In this document: piece after piece, positions 1 through 13,400 of the stretch
Layout of the letters: every line of letters starts with the position of its first letter
Numbering within the stretch: position 1 is the stretch's first letter
The notes under the pieces: generated by a model
Databases searched by the model: none
Told to the model about the DNA's origin: nothing
What the model saw: only the letters and a program-made list of their open reading frames with translations
Position numbers and translations under genes: made by a program
Source: Antedon mediterranea
Taxonomy: Eukaryota > Animalia > Echinodermata
NCBI RefSeq assembly: GCF_964355755.1
Contig: NC_092677.1
Location: 7,958,101-8,022,100, forward strand
Direction: 5' to 3'
Length of the DNA: 64,000 bases

Positions 1-1171
1 TTTCTTATCCAAATGGCTTTTTTATTTATCCGGTGGTATGTGGTTTTCTATGGTGGCGTGATCTGTGATAGCTGATTTGTGTAGACAACTGGTTTAACAA
101 AAAAGTTAACATTTATTTTAAAATATTAATTTACATCGTTTTGAATACCAAAACGGAAATAATAATAATTATGATAAATACTTTCTCCTGCTTAACCGTT
201 TTCATTAGCGAAACGTTGACTTCTAAATTGTTAATACTTCTCAATTTATTGATTCCAGATATATTATTGTTAAATTTTTTTATTTTTTTTATTCATATTT
301 CATACAGAGAAAAAAATAAAAAAAAGGACAAAATAAACAAAAAGACGTGTCTATACCAGCAGTAAAAAAGATTAATGTTACAATAAATTAATAAAGTCTA
401 CCCATTGTTTCTCAAAATCATTTGATTCTCCATTTTGCCTTGCAATATACCTTAACATCATTAAATAATTTCGTATATAAATATTTAAAGCCTTAATACT
501 TGGCAGAGTTTTACCAATTCTACATTTATAAATTAAAGACTTTGTAAGAATAATAATTGTATTAACAGAAAAACATTGTGAAATATCTCCAAACAAAATC
601 GAATCAATTGTAAAAGTTATTTTTTTAAAGGAAATACTAATTTTGTGTTCTATATTTGACCATAGTGGTTATTTGCAGCTTACAAGCAGATGAGGAAGTG
701 TTTCCGGTACATTGTCACAGAAAGTACATGCTTTATTTTGTCGAATACCAATTCTTGTCAAAAAAACATTTGTTGCAATTATTCTATTATTTATTCTATA
801 TTGGAACCATTGTAGGTTTGTTTGTCTGACACATTTAAAAGGAAGTTTGTACATTTGTTTCAGTTCCTCATCTGTTTTATTGACATTAATTTTTTCTTCC
901 CATTTTCTCATACTTTTCGGTCTGACAAAAACATTTTCTTTAAATTTGTTGAATTTTTAATAAAAATATCTAAATGAAAAGGAATTATTGGTGTTTGCAG
1001 TTTAGTCAAATTATTTATATTGTAACTATGTTTTATTGAATTAATTATACCTTGGTACTGTAAAAAATTACATTGAATATTATAATGTTTTTTGAAATGT
1101 TCCCATGACATAAAAGATTTTTTTTCTGAACATAATACATCGTTAATATAAACTATTCCCCTTTCATACCA

Positions 1172-1931
1172 ATTTTTAGTCGCGTGGAAGCGACTCTATA
1201 GTTCACTATGTCGGTCGGTCGGTCGGTCGGTCGGTCTGTCAGTCTGTCGGTCTGTCGGTCTGTCTGTCGGTCCGGTGTCACTATGCGTTTTATCGCTTTC
1301 TGACCTTATCTTGATATCAGTTTAATCTAGCTAAGTCAATTTTTCACAGTATATTCCTTATGACCAGGAATCGATGTGGTTATGTTTTCACGGTGCGCAA
1401 TAAAAATTTACGCGGTCTACGCACGATTTTAACGAAATCACGTTTGTAATCATATCTTCACAACCATGAATCACAATTAAATACAATTTGGTGCTCATAA
1501 ATTTCAGGGCATAAATCATCATATATGGCAATACAATTACGTGCGTAGCGCATGTAACGCATGCGTACGCGCGCTTAAAATTTTCAAAATTTATTTTCGA
1601 TGAAATAAGAGTACGTTTCAGGCAATTTTAAGCGTTTACAAACTTGCCATGAGTGTGCAGATTTTTGCGCGCGCACTGCGCGTTAAATGTTATTGCGCAC
1701 TCTTTTTGCCCGATTTCTGTTTTCTTGACTTACTTTTCAACTCGAAATTACGTTATACGAGCACGTCAAAAGTGACAGGCTACGCACGTGTAAATTAAAA
1801 AAAATATAACTGTTTTTAAACATTTCAACATTTTTAAACATGTTCAGTAATTTCGGTCAGTTGGTAGGTTGGTCGGTCGGTCGGTCGGTAAACACTAAGC
1901 ACGCGACTGCAGCCATCTATATGGCCTTGTT
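1172..1931 (+). mobile_element. Helentron/DINE-1-like non-autonomous element (copy A) inserted in a T-run of the LINE
   Basis: Subterminal inverted motif AGTCGCGTG...CACGCGACT, (GTCG/GTCT)n microsatellite, 3' hairpin GCCATCTATATGGC, no TSD. Removing it restores the LINE peptide RPVFFKNWYERG. Core is near-identical to 23526-24327. Confidence 0.8.
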
Positions 1932-2728
1932 AAAAAACACTGGCCTATTGGCAACTTTTATTTCGTTATTTCCCCACAAAAATATTCTTGGGATATCTAT
2001 AATATACTTTGATTCAGATTATTCCAGGCAGTTACAACATCATTCCAAAAGGCATTCCTTTCAGAAGTTAAAAAAACACCTTTTCCCGATATTATACCAC
2101 TCATAAGAGGAACAAAACAATTAGAAAGAGATTTCCATTTACGCGAAGAAAACATGTATCTCCGGATCCATGTTAACTTTAAGGACTGAAAAAAATCTTC
2201 TATTTGAACCATATTAAAACTGCCTTGACTGTGATCTCTACAAATTTGTTTTCTACTTATTTTCTCACTAGATTTCCAAATAAATTTAAAAAGTAATGTA
2301 TTGAGCTTTGCAACAAAATATTTTTTGGGGTTTGGTATGGTTAGAATTATGTGATTTATTTTTGGAATAATTAGAGATTTTACAATAGTAAGCCTTCCAA
2401 GAGGCGTGAGATATCTTTTTGACCATTGGGCTAGTGATTTTTGTATAGATGTCATACATTTAATATAATTTAGTTCTGGCATTTGAGTGTAGTCAACACA
2501 ATACATGATGCCAAGAAGATTAAAGTGTCCATCATCTGGCCAATAGAAATCTTTTTCTTTACAAATTCTTTCTTTACAATGCGTTTTGCTCCCAATCCAC
2601 ATAACACATGTTTTGTTTTTTGGTAGTTAACCTTTAAACCAGATATGTTGTAAAAACTATCTAACTCTTTAAATGCTTCTAGCATACTATTTTCTGAGCC
2701 ATCAATGTATATAGTGGCATCGTCAGCG

Positions 2729-3849
2729 CAGTGGCGGATCTAGGGGGGGTGAATAGGGTGGCTAGCCACCCCCTCTTAATTCTCAAAAAAAAGAAAAAAA
2801 AGATGCAACCTAATCGCGATTGACCGTCGCTAGACGTGGATTAATCTTTTAATTAAGAAGAGTAGGCCTAGCTAGGCCCTACTAGAGCTAGGGTTAGCAT
2901 TAATAGTTGTGTGTAAATAGGCCTACACAGTGAAAGAGCTAAGAGTTTAATTACTATTATCAATTCAAGAGTTTAAAAAGAAAACACGATTTACAATCTT
3001 CGGAAAATACCCATTTTCAAAACACACGCACTCCTAAAACTACCAGCGTCACGTTGTCAAGCTCGCTCCTCGTGTGAATGCTGACGTCATCACTCTCCAA
3101 AATACACCATTTTCCATTGCAGTTAATTTCCGCCGCCCTGGTCCGTGTGTGCACAAAGCGTTAGCGTGGTATATTTACACCCCTGAGTGGAGTGTAATAT
3201 CGGGAACTTTTTTCTCGCGCATGAAAGTTTTTTGTATAATATTATGGTATGCAGTATAAACGATAAAAATAAACGAGAAACATGGTGTTCTTTTATTATT
3301 TTATAGGCATAAAATAAACATGAAATGTCTTGTATGTACACGGGACGGCCGAAAAAAGTATGTGGCGTATTTGGCGTTTTTTTTATTTGTGTTATAGACA
3401 CGGCGATTACTGCGATCATTGTATACCAAATTACATTGAGTTATTCACCCGGCTGTAGGGTATATATCTCTGAGGTTAACAGACCACCAAAACACGGTAC
3501 ATAACACATGCACTCTATCGAGGCATTTTCGGAGTACCGCATTACCAAAATGTTCATTTTGTTTGAAGGTTTTTCGATCAAAGTTTATTATTAGTTCGTC
3601 GAAAAAGATCCGTACAGTATTTAGGAAGGATGTATTTAACTTTACATTATGTAATATTTGTTATTAAGTGTGATGGAAACAGTTTCTCTAGCCTATTAAA
3701 CAGTGTGTAAGCATCTATTTTTTCAAAAATTTTCGGAGCCTCGGGAGGGGCCTCCCAAACCCTCCCCCGCTCGGTGCTACGCACCTCGTTTGCCACTTTC
3801 GTGGCCACCCCCCCCCCCCCCCCCTCGTCAGATCCTAGATCCGCCACTG
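2729..3849. mobile_element. Non-autonomous TIR element with 5-bp TSD (hAT5-like)
   Basis: 16-bp perfect TIR CAGTGGCGGATCTAGG; direct repeat CAGCG at 2724-2728 and 3850-3854; inserted in the YADD codons of the LINE RT. Confidence 0.8.
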
Positions 3850-4944
3850 CAGCGTACATACTGATTTTAAACTCGGTGCCTTCTACATTAATACCTTTCA
3901 TGTACTCATTTGATCTGATATTTTGTGCCAACACCTCAATACATAAAATAAATAAATATGGTGAAAGAGGGTCGCCTTGACGACATCCTCTTTGTATATT
4001 AAAAAAGGGTGTTGGGTAACCATTTACAAGAACACTTGATTTACATTCGTTATAACAAATATCAATCCAATTATTGTTAAATTTGGTATATTTTTTTTGT
4101 TACGCTTCCCTGCACAACATTGTCTTTCATCGATCAAAGATGTCTTCCGTTTCGTCAAAAAGCGTGCATGCAACTATAAACAACATGAATAATTAATTGG
4201 TTGGCCGCTTCTGTCCAATCGATAATACCAATGCGACCACTGCACATCGTAACTTGTTTATCAGCGCGATAAAGAACACATTGTTCAGTTAGTTGAGTCA
4301 AACATATTAGTTCAAGTAGATGCTTCGGAATGTAAGTACCTATACACATTTAGCTTATATATTTACCATTGTTTGATTTGATATATACACTGGTCTGATC
4401 TGTTATTATTTATTTATTATTTGGTGTAAATAGGTATATAATTACAGAACGTGCCTATTGATACGTACATTGGTGACGCCACAAACGCTTAGTTAAATCT
4501 CAAATTAACTTTATCTTCAATATAGGCAAAAATGATAAATAGCACGCCGTGAAATGTGAAAAAAGTCACATTTGTGCAAACAACCACATTTGTGCAAACA
4601 TGGCACCCTCAAATGTGCAAATCTGTAAAATTGTATAATCCCCTAATGTGCAAACATCCGGCCGTTAAATGTAAAAACGATCAGTTTTGACGTTAAATGT
4701 GCAAATGAAATTCTACAATGTGCAAATCATTTTTGTTCAAGCAAAATAGTTTCTTAAAAATGATAACCTAATTCTAAATAGTTACGGGGTTTTCTAACAA
4801 TGTTTTCAAGATATAGCCACTGTGACATACTTAATTGTAGTACATCTAAAATCCATTAACAATCAATCTAAAATTAGACTAAGGAAGTATCTCATCGTTG
4901 ATATTCATATATATATATATATAATGTTCTTTGCCTCTTGTGTG

Positions 4945-4946
<2 letters not shown>

Positions 4947-4984
<38 letters not shown>
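4947..4984. repeat. (TA)n microsatellite, left flank of the Penelope element
   Basis: Direct reading; a shorter tract lies at ~4907-4923. Confidence 0.95.
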
Positions 4985-4991
<7 letters not shown>

Positions 4992-5027
4992 ATAACAGCA
5001 GAAAACTTGGTTACTTCATTGTTTTAA

Positions 5028-5083
5028 TCACTACAAATTTGTTTCGTACGACCAGCATGTAGCTGGCCGCACTCTTCAGGTGA
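5028..5083 (-). ncRNA. Minimal type I hammerhead ribozyme (mirror copy)
   Basis: Exact reverse complement of 6599-6654. Confidence 0.85.
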
Positions 5084-6598
5084 AATATAAAACATAAGTG
5101 ACACAGTTGTCTCATAGTGCTTAATAGAAGTGAGTCATCGGGAAGTCGTATACAATAGCCTATTGTTTTAGATAAACTGTTTGGATCTGCAATTTAGTAA
5201 GAATTTTTTCCTATGTCTACAAGTAGAGACTAACTCGTTCTTACGGTTCAGTGAGCATAGCTCTGGTTGACATATAATAACATACTTTTCATATATACAT
5301 AAATTACATCTTTTGTTAATATTTGAGTAAGGTTTGCATTTCTTTATAATTTTCCATTTAATTGAGTAATTTGTTTTAGAGTCTTTAAGTGTCCATATAT
5401 ATTTACTGAGTTCCGTTGCACTTCTTAATTTTTCGTTCCGGAATGAAGACGTATGGTTTCTGTATCTAGTTTTAAACTGGTTTTCAGTTAGTCCGACATA
5501 TGTTTCTTCTTTTGATGAATCTTCTCTCTTTACTGTAGCTTGGTAAACTACACCTTTTGTTAGGCAGTTACCTGGGAGCGGGCATTCATTGGGATTGCGG
5601 CAGTTACATCCGCTTGTTTTCGCGTTGGTTTCAGTAGGCTTTTCTTTGGCTATCACATATTTGTTGTGTGCGTTAATTACTTTGTCTACGCTGGGCATGC
5701 AACTATAGCTTAGTTTCAAGGTATTTTTGTTAAATATTTTTCTGAGCTTGTTGCCGGCAGGAAAACAATCTTCTACTATAGCTAAAAACTTGTGGCCGAT
5801 GTTGGTTGCTACGTTTTTGCTGAATGGTGGGTTAAACCAAATTATGTTTCTGGTGCGTGATTTTTTGGGCTTCTGCTGTTCAGCATTGAACTCAAGTTGA
5901 TGATTGTATCCACTTTCTTTGAGGGCTTCCTGGTATAGGGGTGCGGATGCATGAAATGTATCTTTGTCTGATGAGATGTCAGAAAGGCGTCTATTTATAA
6001 AGTAATTAACGCACACAACAAATATGTGATAGCCAAAGAAAAGCCTACTGAAACCAACGCGAAAACAAGCGGATGTAACTGCCGCAATCCCAATGAATGC
6101 CCGCTCCCAGGTAACTGCCTAACAAAAGGTGTAGTTTACCAAGCTACAGTAAAGAGAGAAGATTCATCAAAAGAAGAAACATATGTCGGACTAACTGAAA
6201 ACCAGTTTAAAACTAGATACAGAAACCATACGTCTTCATTCCGGAACGAAAAATTAAGAAGTGCAACGGAACTCAGTAAATATATATGGACACTTAAAGA
6301 CTCTAAAACAAATTACTCAATTAAATGGAAAATTATAAAGAAATGCAAACCTTACTCAAATATTAACAAAAGATGTAATTTATGTATATATGAAAAGTAT
6401 GTTATTATATGTCAACCAGAGCTATGCTCACTGAACCGTAAGAACGAGTTAGTCTCTACTTGTAGACATAGGAAAAAATTCTTACTAAATTGCAGATCCA
6501 AACAGTTTATCTAAAACAATAGGCTATTGTATACGACTTCCCGATGACTCACTTCTATTAAGCACTATGAGACAACTGTGTCACTTATGTTTTATATT

Positions 6599-6654
6599 TC
6601 ACCTGAAGAGTGCGGCCAGCTACATGCTGGTCGTACGAAACAAATTTGTAGTGA
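6599..6654 (+). ncRNA. Minimal type I hammerhead ribozyme in the Penelope 3' region
   Basis: TCAC-CTGAAGA-[GTGCGGCCAGC TACAT GCTGGTCGTAC, 11-bp stem II]-GAAA-CAAATTTG-TA-GTGA: CUGANGA and GAAA core, palindromic stem III, GUA cleavage triplet, 4-bp stem I. Confidence 0.88.
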
Positions 6655-6754
6655 TTAAAACAATGAAGTAACCAAGTTTTCTGCTGTTATTTTATTTATT
6701 TATGCTCTACCTTGGTATTGAGCACTCTATCCAAACGGTCTGAAAATTTCAACC

Positions 6755-6757
<3 letters not shown>

Positions 6758-6812
<55 letters not shown>
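6758..6812. repeat. (TA)n microsatellite, right flank of the Penelope element
   Basis: Direct reading; a further tract lies at ~6988-7008. Confidence 0.95.
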
Positions 6813-6815
<3 letters not shown>

Positions 6816-7495
6816 TTATATGATATATAAATCCAAAGGCAAATTACTGAAAAAATGACAATGCTGTGGGTATCAGTGGCTGGATCTCAATGGAGATACA
6901 AAAATAAAAGCGAAAAGCTAAATCAAAACGATAAAGTAAAACAGCCAGAAAAGTTAGCAGAGCTTTCGGGCAACACTAGCCCTTCATATATATATATATA
7001 TATATATATGATTTTATATTCCGGTTTGATGATATTGTTGCTCTTCACTTTTTATATTTTTAATTGTACTTTTTTATATTAGGCCTACCTTTTATGCATT
7101 TGATATGTAATTTTTTATTATGTCTTTCACACTTCCATATGTCCTTCTTATGATCCTTGTTCACTTTCACATCTTTGATTTCTCTTGCAATGGAAATTGG
7201 AAATAAACTGACTAAATTGTTATGGGTCGTCCTTGCATCCATTCACTTTGGTTTTACATGTATTTTAAATGTATTGTTGAATGGATGCTATATGAATAAA
7301 TAAATAAATAAAAATAAAATAAATCAATTTATTGTTATTGTCAGAAAATCAAACGAAATTATATGGTAGATTATATACTTCATGAACATCAAATCTTGGT
7401 AAACACTTTTTGGAAGAGTTTCTTTTCTATTAAAACCGTAGCATGATAAAGATTATTAATTAATATCAATTAAAATATTAATGTAGAAGAAGAAG

Positions 7496-10400
7496 ATGAA
7501 GTTACGTTTGGAAAAAATAAGTTACTTTTCTGCTGGATTCCTGGTAAGCTGCTTCGTCACATGGCTTAGTAGTACAATGGTGTTTCACAGCGACAAGGAC
7601 ACAGACAGGTAACACTTTAACAATGTATACAAAAGTCATGAATATTTTATCATTTGACTATGGGGAGAATGTTGTTACTTATTAGATTATAGCGTTTGAT
7701 AGCCTCGTGAATTTAGCTTTGTATCGCAGTCTTGTCATACTTTTTCCATCCCAAAATTGAATTGTTGGTAGTGCGTCAGGGAAACGCAATAAAAGAAAGC
7801 ATCTGTTATTGTATATAAAGCTATAAACTTAGTAGGCCTACTTTTCGTCCTACTATACTATCTTTGTGCGAACAAACAAACTATAAACGCCTTCAGCATC
7901 GATCAAACAGTTAGCCTACATATTCGTCGCTCCAATTACATCAACTAACTCAATTTAACTTAGTAGCGAAATAACTTGCTGCAACTAACTTACAGTATTT
8001 CTAATTATACACATGTTTCATTATTTCTACACATGCGTGATACGAGCGATAGTTACATATAGTCTAGGGAGTCTAGGACAACTACCCCCTAGGACAACTA
8101 CCCCCTAGGACAACTACCCCCTAGAACAATTACCCCCTAGGACAACTACCCCCTAGGACAACTACCCTCTAGGACAACTACCCTCTAGGACAACTACCCT
8201 CTAGGACAATTACCCCCTAGGACAATTACCCCCTAGGACAATTACCCTTTACGTCAAATTAAATAACTTCAATGTGCGAAGATCCAATGTGTTCTTATAA
8301 CGCAATTTAAAGTTGAATATAGAATATACTAAATGTTCAATTCAATTTTATTTTCATAAGATACATTATGAGAGGTTTTTTTAAAAGTTGTATGCACTTT
8401 ATGTTGGAGAAACTTAAATAATCCCAGATTGCTTTAAGGCTATTTCGACCAGAAAAAAAGAATTCTAAAAGTATATAGGCGTATAATAAATATTTCAAAT
8501 GTAGCCAATAAATAAATAATTTAAAAAAATGTTACTTTGCAGTCTGAACTGCACACTGTACGGAAAAATAAGGTGAATAAATAATTTTTTTTATTTATGT
8601 AATAACTAGAAATGTCGAAGCCGACATAAGGATTCTGACAAACACAACGGATAGTAGGCCTACCACACCTAATGGACAACATCAGAGAAAGATACTTCTA
8701 GATTGTGGCGGTAATGTCGCCTCTACAGTCAAGATGTTTCGTGAAACGTATCCTGGAGGAAAAGATTTCATCATCCATTCCTTCGAAATCGATGACCGTC
8801 TCTGCCCTTATTTTAGCCCGTATCATAAAAATCACCATCTACACTGTCCTGTCGGGGTATCGGATCATGACGGTAGGGTAAAATGAGTTAATCATAATGT
8901 ACAACAACAATTGTGCTCAACCACACGTATGCATTAAAAATAAATATTCATGCTGCCACTTCATGTTTGATAGCCACTTATAGAATTTCCCCAATTAAAA
9001 TTCGTTGACTCCTATTAATATTTGTCACATTGACTTGGCGTCTTAATTGAATTCATTTCTTTACAGTGGGTATAGTACTGAGGCTCTTATTAGAGAGATT
9101 TGTTACAACCGCTAATGTAGAAAATGCCAACTAATGTCGAAACAACCGTTAATGTAGAACAATTCCACCGCTAATGTAGTAAAACCTCCAGCTAATGTAG
9201 AAACACCAACAGCTTATGTAGTAAATAAAAATCAACACCAGCTAATGTAGAAACGATCAACAGCTTATGTAGTAAAGAAAATTGCCTCCCAGCTTATAAT
9301 AATAATAATAATATCCTGGATTTATATAGCACCTAATGTTGAGAAACCTCTAAGCGCTGTACATAAATAAATATGAAAAAAGGGAAATCCAACCATGCCA
9401 AAAAAAAAACCCAAACCGCAGTAAAGGGATACGCCTTCGTCGCTAACCAGGGATCGGTCTTATTGAACCCCGGTCAGCACCAGTTGTGTCTCGGTCATCC
9501 CGGACTCCGCCTCCTGCCCTACAAAAATAGATCTAAAACAATCTAGGTGGCATGGAAAAGGAGAAAAAAGGAGATTAAAATCCTTTAAGAAACAAATAAG
9601 TCTTAAGAAGCCTCTTAAAAACAGCCACTGACTGTGCATCTTTAATGTAGTTTGGAAGAGAATTCCAAAGCATAGGAGCTGCATAAGATGTTATGTTGTA
9701 GTTACTATTATGTAGTTACTATCGCCAGCTAATGTAGAAAATGTTTTTTGTATTAATTAACGACCACACCTCTCGTAAATGACCACCTCTCTTTTAAAGG
9801 AACCACGACCTCTTTCTCTCTATTAAAGGACCGCTTCTAATAATCGACCACCTCCCCCATTTCAAAGACCTCTCGAAAGTGACCGCCTCTATTGAACGAC
9901 CATGGTCGATTATGAGAAGTGGTCCCTTAACAGAGGCGGCGGTCGTTCAATCGAGGTGGTCATTTTCGAGAGGTCGTTGTGACGGAAGATGGTCGATTAT
10001 GAGAAGCGATCTTTTAATAGAGGTGGTGGTCCTTTAAAAGAGGTCGTCACTGACGAGAGGTGTGGTCGTTAAGAGAGGTGGTCAATTATGAGAAGCGGTC
10101 CATTAACAGAGACGGTGGTCGTTCAATAGTGGAGGTCACTATCGAGAGGTCGTTGTGATGAGAATGGTCGATTATGAGAAGCAGTCCCTTATGAGGAGGG
10201 GAGGTGATCTCTTACGAGAGGTGGTCGATTATGTGAAGCGGTCCCTTAACAGAGATGGTTGCTTACGATGTGTGGTCGTTTTCCTTACGAGAGGTGGAAA
10301 GACTGATAGCTAGTAAAGATCTGATTTAGACATTTTTGTAAAATATATAACATTTTCTACATTAGCTGGCGATAGTAACTACATAAGCTGGGAGGCAATT

Positions 10401-13400
10401 TTCGTTACTACATAAGCTGTTGACCGTTTCTACATTAGCTGGTGTTGATTTATATTTACTACATAAGCTGTTGGTGTTTCTACATTAGCTGGAGGTTTTA
10501 CTACATTAGCGGTGGATTGTTCTACATTAACGGTTGTTTCGACATTAGCTGGCGTTTTCTACATTAGCACAAGATTCAAATCTTCTTGTCCAATAAAGTA
10601 TGCGTATGTTCTATGGAAGGTTTTGATTTCCAAACACCTAAGTAGGCTGATATATTGTTGGTCGTCACCTGGACCTAAAATACACAAAGACTGTGGATCG
10701 AATAGAGAATGAGGAACTGGACCGTAGTAGACCACTTTAGGGGGGACATCCACAATCAGGGGAACTTAAGGCCATGTTTCCAATCCAAAAATTAACCGAT
10801 AATTAATCGATAATTAACCGATAAACTGCCTGTGGAAACGGGGTTTAAGCGATTCCACTCGGGAAAAATTAACCGATAATTATCTCATTCAAATCGGATA
10901 CTGTAATTATCGGAAAATGCGATAATTTTTAACCTTTGACCTGAATGACAAATCAATGCGCTGTGATTGGGCTCTTGGTTGTTCGGTCAAGTCTAATCAT
11001 GCGCAGCGCATTTTATTTTTTTGTTTAAATTAATTACCTGATTGGATAACAAATTAACCGATAATTTTGTCTGCGGAAACACGGAAAAGGGACACTTTCT
11101 CATTAACGAAACGAGGCAATATAATGTTAATGGCTATATAGCACTACTAGCAACCTCTATATTTAGAGAACAACTAGGCGCCTGTTTATGATTGGTTCTC
11201 ATTGTAGAGGCGTCTACATCCTTGCGTTACGTTCCTATAATTTGTTTCTATGTTTAGATTGCCGCAACCTAAAGCGAACGAACATTGTTTTTCTGTCTTT
11301 AAACAGGCAATATGACGGCATTTTGTGATGCAACATGGACGCCTAAAAAATCTAACAAAATGCAATGGGGAGGAGGAAGTCTGTTTGTCCGTGAATCGGA
11401 ACGCGCCGATAATATAACTGGAGGTCGAAGACTATATAGTTACCGCAAAACAATCCCAACGATCAATCTTTCAAGATGGATTAAAGACAATTTAAGAAAA
11501 GAAGATTATGTAATTTTTAAAATTGATATCCAAGGTGGTGAATTTTGTGTTCTTGACCAAATGCTGAAAGATGGGACATTTGCGTGGGTCGATAAGTAAG
11601 TAAGGGTAATTCCATTTCAATTCAACCAAAATGAAATTTTAAATAGATTTTTGTTAAATTTGGTGTATACACAGAGCCCCTAAGCTAAAACGTTGGAATC
11701 CAAATGTTCCCACATCTTAAATTATATAATCCACTATTTATCCTAATCCTAATTTATCAAAACTGTTGTTTTTGCTCATTTTAAGTGAAATTTCATGATT
11801 TCACCCAGTTTCCATTGTTTCAAGACACTATTCAAATTTACCAAATATAAAATTATTAGTGCATTTATATAAATTAAGATGTCTTCTTCCTAATACAATA
11901 TTTAAAAGTTTGGATTGCCACATTTACCATTTTGGACTTTCGGCACACTTTAAATTGATTTCGGCCTACTGTTCGATAGTCCGACTAACATAAAGCTTAC
12001 CACGTTGAAACATATTGGGGATGTACATATGATTTCAGAACAATTGCGAGATTTACGATAACGCCGGTTCAAGAGATATGGACTAGTGAATTTGTTTTGG
12101 TTTTTTTTGCGCCAAAACGTGAACATTTGGTAGTCCAAATCTCTTGAACCGATAAAAGATAGTTCGATTTCTGTACTGAATTTAAGGAAAATCCATGGCA
12201 TCATTGGTTAAATTAGAAAGCTTTGATCGGTTTTTTGTTGACTATAGACGGCTGACAATGGAGGTTGGGTGTTAGTGTCCGCTATCATGTGACCACAAAA
12301 AAAAAACAATTTTACCTTTGAATGGGACGAAACTAGCAATTCTACGTATTACGAAACCAACCAATCAGGTGTGTTATAATATTTTATTTTTGTTATTTTC
12401 AGATATTATGGCGAATATCATTTAAGTCATCACGTGGGTTATAGCAAACAAGAAAAGAAAAGGATTGTTGATGATGTTCGGAATAACATAGACATGGTGT
12501 TGTGGGAAGGAGAGTTTCGTAACTATGTAGACTTCGATACATTACATCCAATACAAGTAAGAGCAGTATGGAAACAAATAAACACAATAATCCTAAGGGG
12601 GAAGAAAACACTCGGCATTCCCACACCTACAGTACATTCAGTACTGGGGTTTAGGCTATCCACCATTAAGAGCATACCACAGTTGGATTTGTGGAAAAGT
12701 GTCATCCTTTCTAAAGGCAGACTGGGTAGATCTTGATAGCTCTCATGGTTATGAAAGTTATGAACACAAACTTTCAGGTAAAAGATTAAACACAAATTAA
12801 AAGTTACAAGGACCAAGTGTATAAACAAAGCCAATTCCCAAGAAGTTTACATAAATATATCTATTCATAGCAAAATTACAATGTGTATCTCGTATATAAC
12901 GTAATTTTTTTATTTTTTGGGGTTTTTTTCTGTGCTCTGTTCTGGGTTGACCAACTAGCATAGGTGTTTAGCACCTGTTTGGCCTTTCCTTACTTTTATA
13001 TTTGTTTTGTCTCCTTTGTATTGTATATGGCAGAAAATTGAATAAATAAATAAATAAATTTAAGAAAGAAAACCCCCATAGATATTAATGGTTAAAGAAA
13101 CAAAATAATTCGAACTTGAATAAAACTGCAATCTTTATCCACATATAATTCCAAGTTGGTTTTATGTCTATACAATAATTGTACGAGGCAACGTTTATGG
13201 CTTCCACAGACAATGCATGACATTATGATAAATAGTTTTGGGGGATGGGTGAGAATCAATGAATAGCCCATCAAAATTCCACACAACTGCACTATGTTCG
13301 TGCAGATAATCCTTTTGTTATTATGATTCGACCATGTGATGTCTTGACGCGACTGTTTTAAATATTGGAATCATCTGCATAAATCCTACTCTCACAGCCA

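Larger units (their letters stand above)
273..4075 (-). mobile_element. 5'-truncated, disrupted L1-Tx1-type non-LTR retrotransposon (RT, zf-RVT-like C-terminus, A-rich tail)
   Basis: Minus-strand peptides RGCRQGDPLSPYLF, MYA|DD (split by an insertion), SGLKVNYQKT, LTPLGRLTIVKSL and FQYRINNRIIATN..CTFC..PETLPHL. Frameshifts present; A-rich end near 273-290; two nested insertions. Confidence 0.9.
4983..6757. mobile_element. Penelope-like element 3' part (RT C-terminus + GIY-YIG endonuclease) as an inverted duplication between (TA)n tracts
   Basis: ORFs 5168-6016(-) and 6026-6514(+) share an identical peptide containing CNCR..CPLPGNCL, VVYQA..ETYVGLT..FKTRY.NH..SF and CNLC..EK. The - copy also has IIWFNPPFS and LSYSCMP. 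Arms are 4983-5683 and 5999-6699. Confidence 0.92.

Noticed and set aside
3647-3934. 95-aa ORF as a novel protein
   Set aside because: Chimeric read-through from LINE RT (..ISMYA) into the inserted TIR element.
6026-6514. Stand-alone GIY-YIG nuclease gene
   Set aside because: Starts at GTG inside an inverted copy of the Penelope ORF end, with no evidence of its own promoter.
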